DNA of 63,576 bases, filler included, from Phoronis australis (Eukaryota; Animalia; Phoronida): assembly GCA_002633005.1 (NCBI GenBank). It is 7 parts of 7 records of this genome, joined end to end, with 100 filler letters (N's around TTAATTAATTAA, not from the genome) between each part and the next. Parts side by side here need not be neighbours in the genome. Positions count along the whole stretch, not along the records: positions 41,456 to 52,265 come from NMRA01001409.1; positions 52,366 to 63,576 come from NMRA01000970.1; 5 more parts are not named here. The stretch is one strand, 5' to 3'. Numbering within the stretch: the stretch's first letter is position 1; every line of letters begins with the position of its first letter. This document shows, piece by piece, positions 50,410 through 62,400 of the stretch. The position numbers and the translations under genes are program-made. The notes under the pieces are model-generated. The model was not told the DNA's origin. It worked only from the letters and a program-made list of their open reading frames with translations, and searched no databases.

Positions 50410-50852
50410 GTAACTGATCAAGATAACACTATCATTTTATTGTAGAAGTTTTGGATGTTCACGGTGCTAGAGTACGTCCTAATTTGGTTTGTTCACTTGT
50501 GACAGGGTAACCTGACAAATCTATATTCAACTACAGGGTTCCCTTTGAACTACATGTAAAATGGTGTGTGCATGCTATGTCATATCCGATCCTGGTCCGT
50601 TGATACTCGTAGTGTATTCTTTGGACTTTCAAAGTCTTTCTAGTGCCACTGAACACCTTTCTGCTAATATGTTCATCGCATGCTACACAATGCTTTGATA
50701 GTTTCGGTCGGTGCAGTAGTAGTTTGAATTGCTCATGTTCGTCTAATCAACAGTCAATGTACGTGACTGTAAATCGAACAAAGAACAGAGGTTAATCCCC
50801 ATCCTGTTGTCCCAGTTAAGTCGGTGTCTGCGCTACCGAATGCATACAATCG

Positions 50853-52265
50853 TTTCTAAACGCCCGCATATTGCCGTCATCTCTGTCTGAGCGTCCGTGT
50901 TCCGAGCATCCGTCGTCCGGCGTCCGCAGCTGTATCTCCTAAACCCCTCACACGATCTTGATGAGATTTGGCAGATGTGTTTCTATGGAGTTGACGACGG
51001 ATGACAACGAATTTCAGACGTCTCTCACCAACTGTGTGCCCCCTAGTGGCAATTATAGTTTTTTTCGCTCACCTCTGTATCTTCGGAGGTCCTCAACGGA
51101 TTTTCGTAAAATTTGGCAGTTGGGCATCTATAGTAAGATGATGTCATACTCCCGTTTTTGGGCGTATTCGAGGTACTTTGCGCCACCTAGAGGCCATTTT
51201 TATGCGTCCACATATCTATATGTGGACGCATTATGCCGTCCGTCCGTCCGTCCGGGCGGCGTCCGTCCGGCGTCCGGCGTCCGCTGCTTTATCTCCAAAA
51301 CCCTTCGACATACGTTCATGAAATTTGGCACATATGTTCCATTGGGACGGCATGTGCGAACTTTCGGACGGATCCGACTACCGGTGTGCCCCCTAGTGCC
51401 AATTTTCGTTTTTTTACGCTTACCTTTGTATCTTCAAAAATCCTGAACGAATTTTCATGAAATTTGGTATGTAGGCACCTATGAGTGAGATGACGCTATC
51501 CTCACGTTTTCAGATGGATTCGACATAGTTTGCGCCACCTAGTGGCCATTTTTAGTGTTTTTGTGCGTCCACCCCTCTATCAACCAAACCGCTCAAAGGA
51601 TGATTGTGAAAATTGGCATGTATATGCTTACTACGTAGAGGACGGTTGACGATGACTTTCCGACGACTTCGACTACTGTGGCGCCTCCTAGTGGCCGTTT
51701 TTTTTTTGCGCCTATGGCTGTATCTCCTAAACCGTTCACAGGATCTTTAAGAAATTGTGTAAGTATATTTATATGATGTTAACAACGGAAGATGACGACT
51801 TTTGGACAGATCCGACTACCAGTGTGCCCCCTAGTGGCACTTTTATTTTTTTTACGTTTACCTTTGTATCTTCAAAAGTCCTTAACGGAATATTCATGAA
51901 ATTTAATATGCAGGCACCTATTAGTGAGATGACGCTATCCACCCGTTTTCGGATGGATTCGACCTAGTTTGCGACACCCAGTGGCCATTTTTACTGTTTT
52001 TGAGTTTTTTGGCGTCTAAGTATGATTGTGAACTGAATTGGCATGTATGTTCTTATTATGAAGAGGACGGTTGACGCTGAATTTCCCATGACTTTGATTA
52101 CTCCTAGTGGCAGTTTTTTGCGCCCATGGCTGTATCTCCCAAACCGTTTGCAGGATCTTTCAGACTAAATTTAGCAAGTGTATTTATGTGATGTTGACAA
52201 CGGACGATGACGACTTTAGGATGATTCTGACTACCAGTATGCCTCTAGTGGCAATTTTAGTATTT
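50853..52265 (+). mobile_element. Two nested HINE/DINE-1-like copies (younger one starts ~51197), truncated by linker
   Basis: Degenerate 5' end at 50853; second intact 5' hairpin TTTTTATGCGTCCACATAT..ATATGTGGACGCAT plus (GTCC)n at a T-tract inside the first copy. Confidence 0.75.
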
Positions 52266-52365
52266 NNNNNNNNNNNNNNNNNNNNNNNNNNNNNNNNNNN
52301 NNNNNNNNNTTAATTAATTAANNNNNNNNNNNNNNNNNNNNNNNNNNNNNNNNNNNNNNNNNNNN
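52266..52365. other. Artificial contig linker
   Basis: 44N-TTAATTAATTAA-44N. Confidence 0.95.
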
Positions 52366-52554
52366 GTTTACTAATGCCGCTTGCCTTCAACCTTCGAAGT
52401 AGTGGTGTTACACAACCGACGTGAACTCATGTAACCGAGACAGCAAAACTAGGTTAATTTATTTGACCCTGTGCTAAGACGAATATGCATCGACACGCAA
52501 AGTGGTATGAGCCTGACAACCTATTACGCAACTGCTACTCTAGCCTAACAATAG

Positions 52555-52740
52555 CAGCCGACCAGCTGGTCGTCAGATGACCGGTCGGCTAAAGGGTCGG
52601 CTGAAGGGTCGGCTGTGGGGTCGTCTTATGAGTCGGCACTGTGGGCGGCTGCCGGTCGGCTAATTTTTAGCCGACCGGTCGGCTAATTTGCCGACCGGTC
52701 GACGGCCGGTCGTCGACCAATTTCCGACCGGTCGGCCAAA
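52555..52740. repeat. GC-rich cluster of CCGACCGGTCGG palindromes (probable MITE interior)
   Basis: Repeated CCGACC/GGTCGG motifs in both orientations. Confidence 0.55.
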
Positions 52741-53739
52741 AATTCGTGATGTGTGCTGTACATGTATGTCGTTGATGGGACTGGCTCATAAGTCGTAAAG
52801 TGAACATGTACATGCAACCGTAACACAAGATGAGCTGAAGGTAGACATTTGTATGAGCAACACGTGGAATTACAGAGTTAGTCGGAACCCAAGTATGATA
52901 GATGACTGCTTGCAAAGATACTCTATAATATACTATAATGTCTTTGCAACTTGTCCGAAACGACAGGCAATGAAGACGTTACATGTATTTTTTCTGGTTA
53001 GGCCTGTGCCCTACCATGGTTACCACAGCTACCGTAGACGTGAAGAAAGCCTGAGGAAACCGTGAACAAGGCGTGAGGAAGGCGTCAACTGAACCGGAGG
53101 TAAGCGTGAGTACTACCCGGAGAGTAGGTGTGAGGCGACCGTGACTAATTTCTGTCACGCCAGCGTTCTGGTTGTGCTCCGGTCTGGCCAGGCGTGAGGT
53201 AGCCCGGACGAAGTCTAAAAATTCAGTGGCTGTACTGTACGTATTCTCCGGTTTCTCGCTTTCTCCCAAAAGCTTGAATCTGCCATTCATTGAACAGCAG
53301 ACGGTATCGACAAGGTAACATTGGCAGGACCTGATTTGAATTGGTGCATTTTTTCTGCTTTCAAGACATATGAGCTAAAGGTCAGACTAACTGGTCTTGT
53401 AAGTGTGTGCATGGTCTATGTTCGGATGGAGTCTAGCTTTGTAGACTGGGTCCTTAGGTTTGTGGTCCATCGGGCAAGGGAGTAGTGGGTCGAGGGGGTG
53501 TAGGTCCTGAGGTTGGTGGGGTGTGGGATTCTAGGTGTTTTAGAACAATCCAAAACATTTTCAAGGCGCTGAAGCGTCACGTTGGAAAATACAACCAAAT
53601 TCCTTTTAAACGCCTATTTATTACAAATTAATTTTGTTAATCGGCCAAAACATTCTGGCAAGAATTCTGTCATACGGAGTGTGAAATAATTCTCCTATGC
53701 TCGTCCAAGTTATTTCAAATCAATTGCACTAGATCTTAC

Positions 53740-54042
53740 CTTGGTTATAAGTTGTAAGCATAATGTAGTTTCTTAGTTTCCGTCCACACAATGGAAATTC
53801 GTCACCTGGGCACTTCATTTCACATTCTTCTAAGCCAACTAGCCCGTATTTCCCGTAAGTATCACCACACCAGCACTGGTTTCCGTTTTGAAGGGCAGCA
53901 AATCGGTACCACAAAAGTTCACAGTTGTGTTTACAAAACGGAGGTGAATTTCTTACGCCCAAATCAATGAACGTTTTCAAGTCTGGCGTTTCTAGATTGT
54001 CGATGAAACACCCAGGTAGTTTTGGGAGTTCACCGGGAAACG
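53740..54042 (-). CDS. WSC-domain exon
   Basis: GCFID...CKHNC....YRFAALQNGNQCWCGD..YGKYG....ECEMKCPGD....CG...RN cysteine pattern; TAG/GTAAG; 303 nt, phase 1-1. Confidence 0.85.
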
Positions 54043-54489
54043 CTAAAATGCAGAATCAAGATTTTCACTTTACATATTCCACTTTCAGGGCCACGAAAAT
54101 TTGAAAGTTTTGCTGGTTTGTTACCTGGGGCTGTTAGTTACAAACAAGAAACGGTTATTGGGTTTTCATGTTAAGCTGACTTCACCATGCAAAAATTCAA
54201 AAATGCAGTTATTGTCGACTGTAGATGCAAGTAGCAATAAATCATATTATGCAGATGAAATACAGCCGCCATTTTTTATCAATTTGATCAGTTAATGTTT
54301 AGATAACAATGTATTTAGACGCAACACAAATAAATTGACTAAAGAGGTGGTCGTAACTTGGAATCCAGGTCTCCCTAAAGCTGTCAGGATAGCTGAACAC
54401 TGTCTTCAAAATACAGACAGCGCGCACACAAACAGCTCATATGTAGCCAGACAGACAGATAGGTACAACAACGAACACAAACGTACATA

Positions 54490-55160
54490 CGATAATCAAG
54501 TTGCCGAAACTGAGTTTTCCGGCGACAGACTGGAATGAATGTTACCACTCATTTCAAGCTGTTCTTCCCGAAGATGCCTTCCTCGCCCCAATCCTGAAAC
54601 GCCAATATTTACGCGCCCAAATCTCCGATGACGTCGCCAAAATGATGAAGGTGTACCACTGTCAAACGACTCTAATAAAGCTGCCTTGAGGTAGCTAAAC
54701 TACATATGGTGACAGTGATGATGCAGTTACGCAACCGCATTGCTGAAAATCCCTGCCCTTTCATCATATGCTGCCGACTTACGTCAACTCCACTACAGTG
54801 TAAATACAAGCTTTGGTGGTATACAAATCCTAGGACACGGTGTCGCCCAAGATGATTTGCCTGACTGTGACTATCATAAGCCAAGAGACAACCAAGAATG
54901 TGCTACTTCAAATAAATTATCACCATGACGGAGAAAAATGGTATGTCGAACAGCTGAGGAATGGTCTTGACAAGGAGATCAAGACCATTCAAATCGGAGA
55001 CACAGCAAGTAATGCAGTGAGTACAGATTTTTATGCAACTTCTCCCTGTTATACTGGGAATCGTTCAAGGCCAATGTAGAGATCAACTCCAAGTGGTAAT
55101 AGATGGCCCCTTCAACCGAGATACACTCCACCAAAGTTTCCCAATCAGACGGAAAACACC
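54490..55160 (+). pseudogene. BEL/Pao LTR-retrotransposon gag remnant (DUF1759-like), frameshifted
   Basis: KLPKLS..FSGDRLEWNE..SFQAV..L.PILKRQYLRAQISDDVAKM...LRQL..SV...W.VEQLR..LDKEI, read across broken frames. Confidence 0.7.
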
Positions 55161-58100
55161 CAGCAGAACTCCAAACATGAACATCCATCTCTGTGCTTAC
55201 CTCAATGTATTTTCTGTAACCAGTTACACTGCTAATAAGTGTACATCTGTGACTTACGTCAAAAAACTACAGGACAAGCCCGTGGTCCAACTGTTTATCT
55301 GATCGACACTTGAAATAATATTGGCTATCAATGTTTTCCAGGCACAAGTGTGGACAAAACATCACACCTCTCTATACAATGCAATTACAAATCAACCATC
55401 GCCACCGAGTTCCACAGTGTTTCAACAAGTGAAATCCGTTAACGAAATGAATCCAACCACCCAGATACAGACGTGAAGCTTACACCCACGTCAAAATATT
55501 TCTTATAGAAGACTGCCATCGTGTCAAGAGGTTCCACTCAAGCCCAATAAATCGGACTGATGATGGATCCCATCGTACAATTATGACTCGCCATAGATTA
55601 GCAAGTTTCCATATGAAGTGGCAGTTCATCATGTCGTGAACACATCCACTAAAACAAGAAACTGTAGGAACACCGCATTTATCCACCTTCACTCTTATCA
55701 GGCTTCTATTGTGAGTCAGCATGCGTGAATAATTGGCTGATAAGCCACCACTGGAACTACTTTTGGCTGAATGGATGACCAGGCCATAAAATGATAATAT
55801 TAGCCAAGACCAGTTACTAATGCAACAAAGAATAGTGTCGTAGTATCATCTAGCCTTGGTGGAAAGCTGTATACTGTATTGGCTCTAATAAACGCTTAGA
55901 AAAAATCATTTCACGGGGAGGGGATTCTTATTGTAGCCTACGGCAGTTGAAAGCCGGTTTCCCAAACGGGTAAAATCGGAAGCTAGGATTCATAAAATTT
56001 ACGCTCTGTGACGTATTTGTAGCCTATGACAGCCTTTCTACAAAATTGTGGTGCATTGCTATCAACTTCCGTTGTTAAATTACGATAATTTTTCAAAAAA
56101 TTGTGCTCATCACAGGGCGAAAACTTGCCGACTGATGCGTCGCTGAATCGCGATCGTCAATAGGAAAACTTGTACTCTTGAATAAAAATATAGTTTCGAC
56201 TCAACAAATTACCTGAAATCTTCCTGATGTTTTACAATTTTTAAAGTTCCTGTGGAGTCCAGATTAATTGCGATTAAGTCCAAATGTGCGCTACATCGTA
56301 CTCCACAACACGAGAAAAATCTCTGGATGAACACACATGTTGTTGTCACGTGACGTTTGTTTTGAAGGTCGTCTGCGTATGAGAGTGAGTGAGCGTGCGT
56401 GTGCGGGTCATCGACGATAGACTTTTTTGTTACAAAAGGCGGAGGATTATGCAAGAAAATGGCGTTTACTAGATTGTTTTTCACTTAAACGGCTGTAACG
56501 TGCAAGGTGAGTGCGCTCGCAGAGTCACATCTCGGAAGTTTCCGGTTTGACGGATGACAAAGAACGATCTCAATGAAATTACACAAAGTCGTTTTAGAGC
56601 TTGTAATAGCTATACAAAACGTATTTTGAGTATTAAAATGCATTTTTTCCAAAACCTAAATAACACACGGAGTAGTTCTACATTTATACAATCCTAACTT
56701 GGGTCCTATATTTTTGTATTCGTGCGCGCCGAATGAAAGTAATCGTGAGTGTTTCTGTGTTGCAAAATCTCTTATCCTGGGCCGATTTGAAAAATTCAAA
56801 GTTGTATTCGTATTTGTTTTCGCTCCTCTTTTCAAATATTACAGTAAAAACTACGTAAAATTCTCTCCATAAAAAGTACAGTTGTTAGGCTAGACTGTAA
56901 TCAGCTGATCATATCCGCATGAGCGAAGTCAATTATCCTCGCTCGTGACTCGATGAATAGAGCAGCTTGGCGGCATCCCTTTGAGCATGAGCCGAGCGCG
57001 TCTCAGCCAAGGTGGATAAATACGGTCTAGTTCAATTTTCCATACCCCGCCGTGTACCTTAAACACCGGGGTTAGAACCAATTTTATTTAGTGGGAATGT
57101 TCATAGCATGATCTCCTCACTGTACTAAATTGTGTAATACACAGTAGTTTGTAACTGTGTAGCAATCCTCTTAGTCATGTTCTCTTTATACTGTGTGACA
57201 CTGTGCCTATAGAATAATGGTCGTGAGGATTGTCGAACAGCCCAGGTTTTGCGGTTTCATCCCCCCCCCTAATTAGTAATTATGTCTGAACCATGAGTTC
57301 TGGAAATGCCTCTCAACATATTGGACAGACATAAATAGTTATGTGTCGTTCAACCTCAGCTGACGTACCAAGTTCGTGTTTTACCACTTGGAGGTAAATG
57401 TTCTACGCAAGCTTATTTTAAGACCAGCTTTGCACAGATTAACATTGAAACTGAAAGAGAAACATGAACAAAATATGGTGGCAAAATTTACGTTTTGTTA
57501 TACGGTTTCGATGCTCGTTAAAATTGTCAAAATAAGCAAGTGATACGACATTCATCAGCGCTGTCAACAACACACAACTGCTTTTCATTCAACTCCCAAA
57601 TTAAACATCGAGGTAATCGATTTCAACGCCAGCATGCCGATTTTACTTCTAGACTTGTACTTAGGCACTTCTCTCTGATGTACATATTAGATCTCCGTTT
57701 CTTGTGTCCACAAAGTAAATCATTTATTGTATGTGAGTAGAAAAAGACAGATTCATAAACACATCTACATACCTGTGCTAATCGGTAAGAACTGGAGGTG
57801 CACAAGTAAAAGGAGTCCTGTAAGTAAGATAGTAAGATATTACCACGGTAAGAGGAAGTTCAGTATGGCCATCAACTCACTAAACATTTGCTTACACACA
57901 ATTCCGTCGAGCACAATATCCTATGGGTTATCGTTCACACACCGGTTACTGTTTAATATAGTTGTTACTATGAGGTACAATGTACACGGCGAGCAAGGAC
58001 ATCGCCACGAGTTGTTAACATGTACCACTGCGTTTGTAATAAAACTTTCCAGCATCTGTCCACAAGATTTACACAGGAAAAACAAATAACCAGTAACTTG

Positions 58101-58407
58101 AAAGATAAAAATATCAACACACTTTGACGATAGTATGTCGCAGAGATGGCTCGTTAACACCTGTTATTGCGGAACACCACTGTCATTGGTGAAAAAAACT
58201 CAACGTCTCTTTAGGTTTGAAGTCTACTCCGTAAAGGCCTATGGGAATGATGATCCGGAGGCCCATATTTGAGTGTGCAGCTCTTTTTTGAATAGATCTA
58301 GTGATGGAATTCATTTCGCCATCGGGTTTGCGGATCCTTTACAAAAACTAACTTCTCCATGATAGCAAGTAACATCATATATTCACGAAAACAACAACGG
58401 TTTTAAA

Positions 58408-58453
58408 ACTTGACATGTTTCGGTGTCATTTATTAAACACCATCCTCAGAAAT
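58408..58453 (-). ncRNA. Minimal type I hammerhead ribozyme
   Basis: AUUU-CUGAGGA-U-GGUGU(loop)ACACC-GAAA-CAUG-UC-AAGU: conserved core, perfect stem II, palindromic stem III. Confidence 0.7.
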
Positions 58454-58608
58454 CATAATACAGTGGCCACCTAGCTAGGCCCAGCAACAAGTAATGAAGC
58501 ACAGATACAATCAATTACAGGGAGTGACAATGAACTAGACCAACAATGACAACCTGTGGTGTGTCAGTTACTTGTTGCTGGGCCTAGCTAGGTGGCCACT
58601 GTATTATG

Positions 58609-58654
58609 ACTTCTGAGGATGGTGTTTAATAAATGACAGCGAAACATGTCAAGT
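58609..58654 (+). ncRNA. Minimal type I hammerhead ribozyme
   Basis: ACUU-CUGAGGA-U-GGUGU(loop)ACAGC-GAAA-CAUG-UC-AAGU: stem I ACUU/AAGU, one stem II mismatch. Confidence 0.68.
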
Positions 58655-59409
58655 TTTAAAACCGTTGTTGTTTTCGTGAAAAACTAACTTAAGTTTCCAT
58701 CGAAAAACTTAAGTGTTTGGTCTGGTATTGAATCAGAAAAAGTTATAGTCTAGTTGCAAGCCAAATAGCTCCCATAGTGAACCTTGCAATGTTGATTACT
58801 GTATATTTTTGTTGAAATATATTAAATGTGATCAAGAGAAAAAAATTAGCTTGGTTGCATCTAGTGCAACTTTGAGCATGTTTTGCAATTCAAGATGGTG
58901 GATTCCGCTATTTTGAATGTCGAATGTTTTTTTCAACTTGATGATTAACAGGGTCATGTAATATACTGTTTATACCGTTTTCAGTGACAGGGAATCCATT
59001 CCCGGTGTTATTGTATTAATACGTTGTCATTTACAGGGTCAAATCAGAGGTCAAAGGTCAAAACTGCCTAGCATCCTTCTGACATTTAGTTTTTATCTCA
59101 ATATTTTTCGTTTTCTTCGTGAACCTCTTCAAGATATATTTTCAACATGCTCACTATCACATACAGGTACTATAGTGGGCCAAACATTTTGCTCACACGT
59201 TTCATGAGGGTTGTATTGACACAATAGAGAAAGCATATGGCATGGAAATGCTCAGCAGTCCAATGCTAGTGTGCCTAGTATAATTACTGCCCATTACTGC
59301 AAAAAAACACTACGCCGAAAAATCTACACTTCGAAAAAAAAACGCTACTCTGAAGAAACCCACGCCTACTCCAAATGTGAACGCATTTGTATCATTTTAA
59401 ACACTAACA

Positions 59410-59655
59410 CATGCGCGCATCCAGTCTAAAATATGGGGGCTAAAATGTTTGGACCTTTTAGAAACAAAAAACATGGAACAAAAAACGGCATATCATGTTC
59501 AGAGCTATGAATTCTGTATTTGTGCTTTTTAGTGGACTTTGTGTCGTTTTCTCGGACATTTTTTTGTTTTGAGGCAGCCCTTTTTTCATACTTTTCCAAA
59601 TGGGAGGGGGGTCGTTTGAGCCCTCCCCAGAGACCCCCCTTTGGGTGCGCGCATG
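59410..59655. mobile_element. Small MITE with 10-bp TIR
   Basis: CATGCGCGCA...TGCGCGCATG; TSD unclear. Confidence 0.55.
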
Positions 59656-61224
59656 TAATTTGATACATTTTCTCTCGATCAAGTGAACTTCAAAGAAGAT
59701 AGGATACAAGAGTTGTTAACTACGAAGACAGTAATAATGCTAGAAATAAGTCATTAGACTTCATTGTCCGTATTTATTTTTGTCAGGTTATTTTGTTAGT
59801 AACTAAAAAATCAATAAACCAATCGTAAAAGCCAGAAACGGTGCTCTGTAGGTATGCAATCTCATCACAGCCATATGTTGTTACTCAATGACTACTCAAA
59901 TTGGGCCAAGTCTTGTGAAGAGGGGATGGTTCACCTAAAGATGGTCCTTCAAGAACCCTGACTCAAGGAGATGTTGACTTATTTTTTCGTAGCAGGTCAG
60001 TCACCATAACTGTGTATGGTTCCTGCGCTGGTGTAGCAGTTTTCAAAATAAACCAAGCAACGTGGAAATTCTTTTTGACTAGAATGGCATAGCGCATCCA
60101 TGCACGTTGTCTTAATTTTCATAGTTTGCACGTAACTCCAACCATAAATGAACAATAAACAGCTAGGCGCAATAACGTCAACCTAAACAACGACAAAAGT
60201 TCGATAAATGTACGATAAGTGTTCGACTAAGGTGCCAAAAAGTTCTGGCAAGAAGTTCATATCAAGTTTAGCAGCTCGACATAATTGTTTTGAAGTTTAT
60301 ATTGAAATGTGCTTTGTGTGAAGCACCTGCCCAATAATGTAAAAAAGTTCTACTCGAAGCTGCGCACAGCTTTCAACACTTGGATGACAAGACTAGTATC
60401 AGATGACCAATTCGAAGAACAGGCATACTGTGTATCAAATGAGTAAAAAGTTCTGGGATTATAGGGGGTGATTTAATGAGAGCCGAGCGATGAAGTGGTC
60501 ATGTGGTTAGACTTTCAGTGGGTGTACCAACATTGATACTGCCACGGATAACATAAGACGTGGGATGAAGGTAGTGAAGAGCAAACGTCACGTAGTGGAG
60601 TGGCAAAAAAGACTAAGAAAAAGAAGGGAGCTGTGAACGTGGACGAGGATGGCTAAAGAAAGATTGCGGAGGTGATAGAGAAGCACAGGCACCCGTTCTA
60701 TGACTAGCAGTCATATCTCCATAAAATCTGCAATCGACGAGTAGACTCCAGAACGAGCAGGTCATTGAGCATGAGCAGAGTAGTAAGCTTTTTAGTTTCG
60801 GTAAGCGCTTGAGTGCATGTTACAAAGCACTAACAAACAGTCAAAATGCTGGAGTTGTTGAAGAAGCCTGTATTGTCATGGGAAGATCATGGCATTAAGA
60901 CGCTGTTCAGTTGCCTGTTAGTCGTAAGACAGCAATGTAACATTAACATAGTATATATCTTTTACTATAAACGTATTGAGTCCACTCCCTACATCCCAGA
61001 TCGGCAGATACAGCAGTATGAGAAAGGGTGACAATGCCTTTTTGGTCAAATCTCTTCGACTTATGTCCCAAATCACTCCGCTCCAGATGTGGTGCTGGGT
61101 GCTGTTGTCCAGCTTTCGAAGCAGTCCGTTTGGAGTGTTTCCGGATTAATGATAGTGCCCATCCTAGTCTACGTATATGTACTCTGCACGGATTACGCGT
61201 AATCTGTACACATACCCCTATTCA

Positions 61225-61420
61225 CTGTGAGGAGGCAGTGTGGCTTAGTGTCCTTCCTCTACTCAAGGTTGTGTTTTCGGGTCTCACGGGCACACTGTTG
61301 GTCGCTTGAGTCCAATCCCTAGCTCTTTAGCTCTGTTTCAGCTAATAAAGCTTAACATGGTCCAAGGTGATCAGTGCGATGTGCCTTCCGGAGCGGCATG
61401 CGTAAGTCTGGTACAACAAT
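61225..61420 (+). mobile_element. Diverged relative of the tRNA-SINE at 17245
   Basis: Shares GAGGAGGCAGTGTGG head, TAATAAAGC, GGTGATCAGTGC and GTCTGGTACAAC blocks. Confidence 0.6.
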
Positions 61421-61799
61421 ATTTTAAACTAGTTATGTTGGGAGGACATCTTATACCAGTATTTAGCTCCCCCTTATTCTTCATATAATGGGATCACAGA
61501 AATGATAATTCGTCGCGCAAAAGATACGAATTTCCCTTGTTTCCGTTAAACGTGACTTTTGTCCTTTCATTTGACCTTGATTTTGAAGTTATATCTATTA
61601 GCTTATTATTTAAAATGACTTATTCTTATTAAAATGTCATAGGCAAAAATTTGAATTTCGGACCTCAAAAGCGAGGCAACTATATTAATATAGGTTGCCC
61701 CGCCGAAAGGCTGCCGGAAAGTGGGGCTCCTATATTTACATAGGGGGCCCCGCCGAAAGCCAGCCGGAGAGCGAAAAATTTTGATGCAATTGGGCATTA

Positions 61800-62400
61800 C
61801 AAACAGCATGCTTCTTGTGACATCTATTTGTATCATAAAAATGGCCACCAGATGGCGCAAAACATGTCAACTCCATCCGAAAACAGAAACATCGTTTCTT
61901 TAATAGAAAGTATTTACCAATTTCCATAAAAATCTGTCAAGAAACTATAGAGAAACAAAGGAAGACCGGAAAAAATGGAATGGCCAATAGGGGGCAATGC
62001 ACCTGAAAGTTGTCAATATCTGTTCTCAACATGATATGAATACACTTGCTAAATTCAATTAAGATCCTGCAGTACGCTTAGGACATACAGCTATAGGCGC
62101 AAAAAAGCTAGGAGGCGCCACAGTAGTTAGTCGTCATTGTCAGCCATACTCTTCAAACTGAGAACAGATATATCAATGTTCACAATAATCCATAGAATGG
62201 TTTAGTTGATAGAGGAGCAGATGCCATCAAACCGATTGGAAAAAACATAAATGGCCACTACGTGGCGTAAAATGCCTCAAGTAATTCGGAAAATAGGGAG
62301 ATAGCATCATGTCACCAATAAACTGCCACTAGGAGGTGCCACAGTAGCCAGATTAATCAGAAAAGCATCGCCAGGCTTTCTCTTCATAGTAGGAAAACAC
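61800..62400 (-). mobile_element. HINE-family central repeat fragment (diverged)
   Basis: TGGCCACCAGATGGCGC, GGAGGCGCCACAGTAGT and AAGATCCTGC blocks match the copies at 27-28 kb and 39-40 kb. Confidence 0.65.

Larger units (their letters stand above)
58382..58680. mobile_element. Inverted pair of ~113-bp arms; probable Penelope-like pseudo-LTR remnant
   Basis: 58382-58494 is the near-perfect reverse complement of 58568-58680; each arm contains a minimal hammerhead motif. Confidence 0.7.

Noticed and set aside
50958-51460. ORFs such as VDALCRPSVRP.. recurring at 7173, 27881 and 39903
   Set aside because: They are chance translations of the non-coding HINE repeat and (GTCC)n microsatellite.
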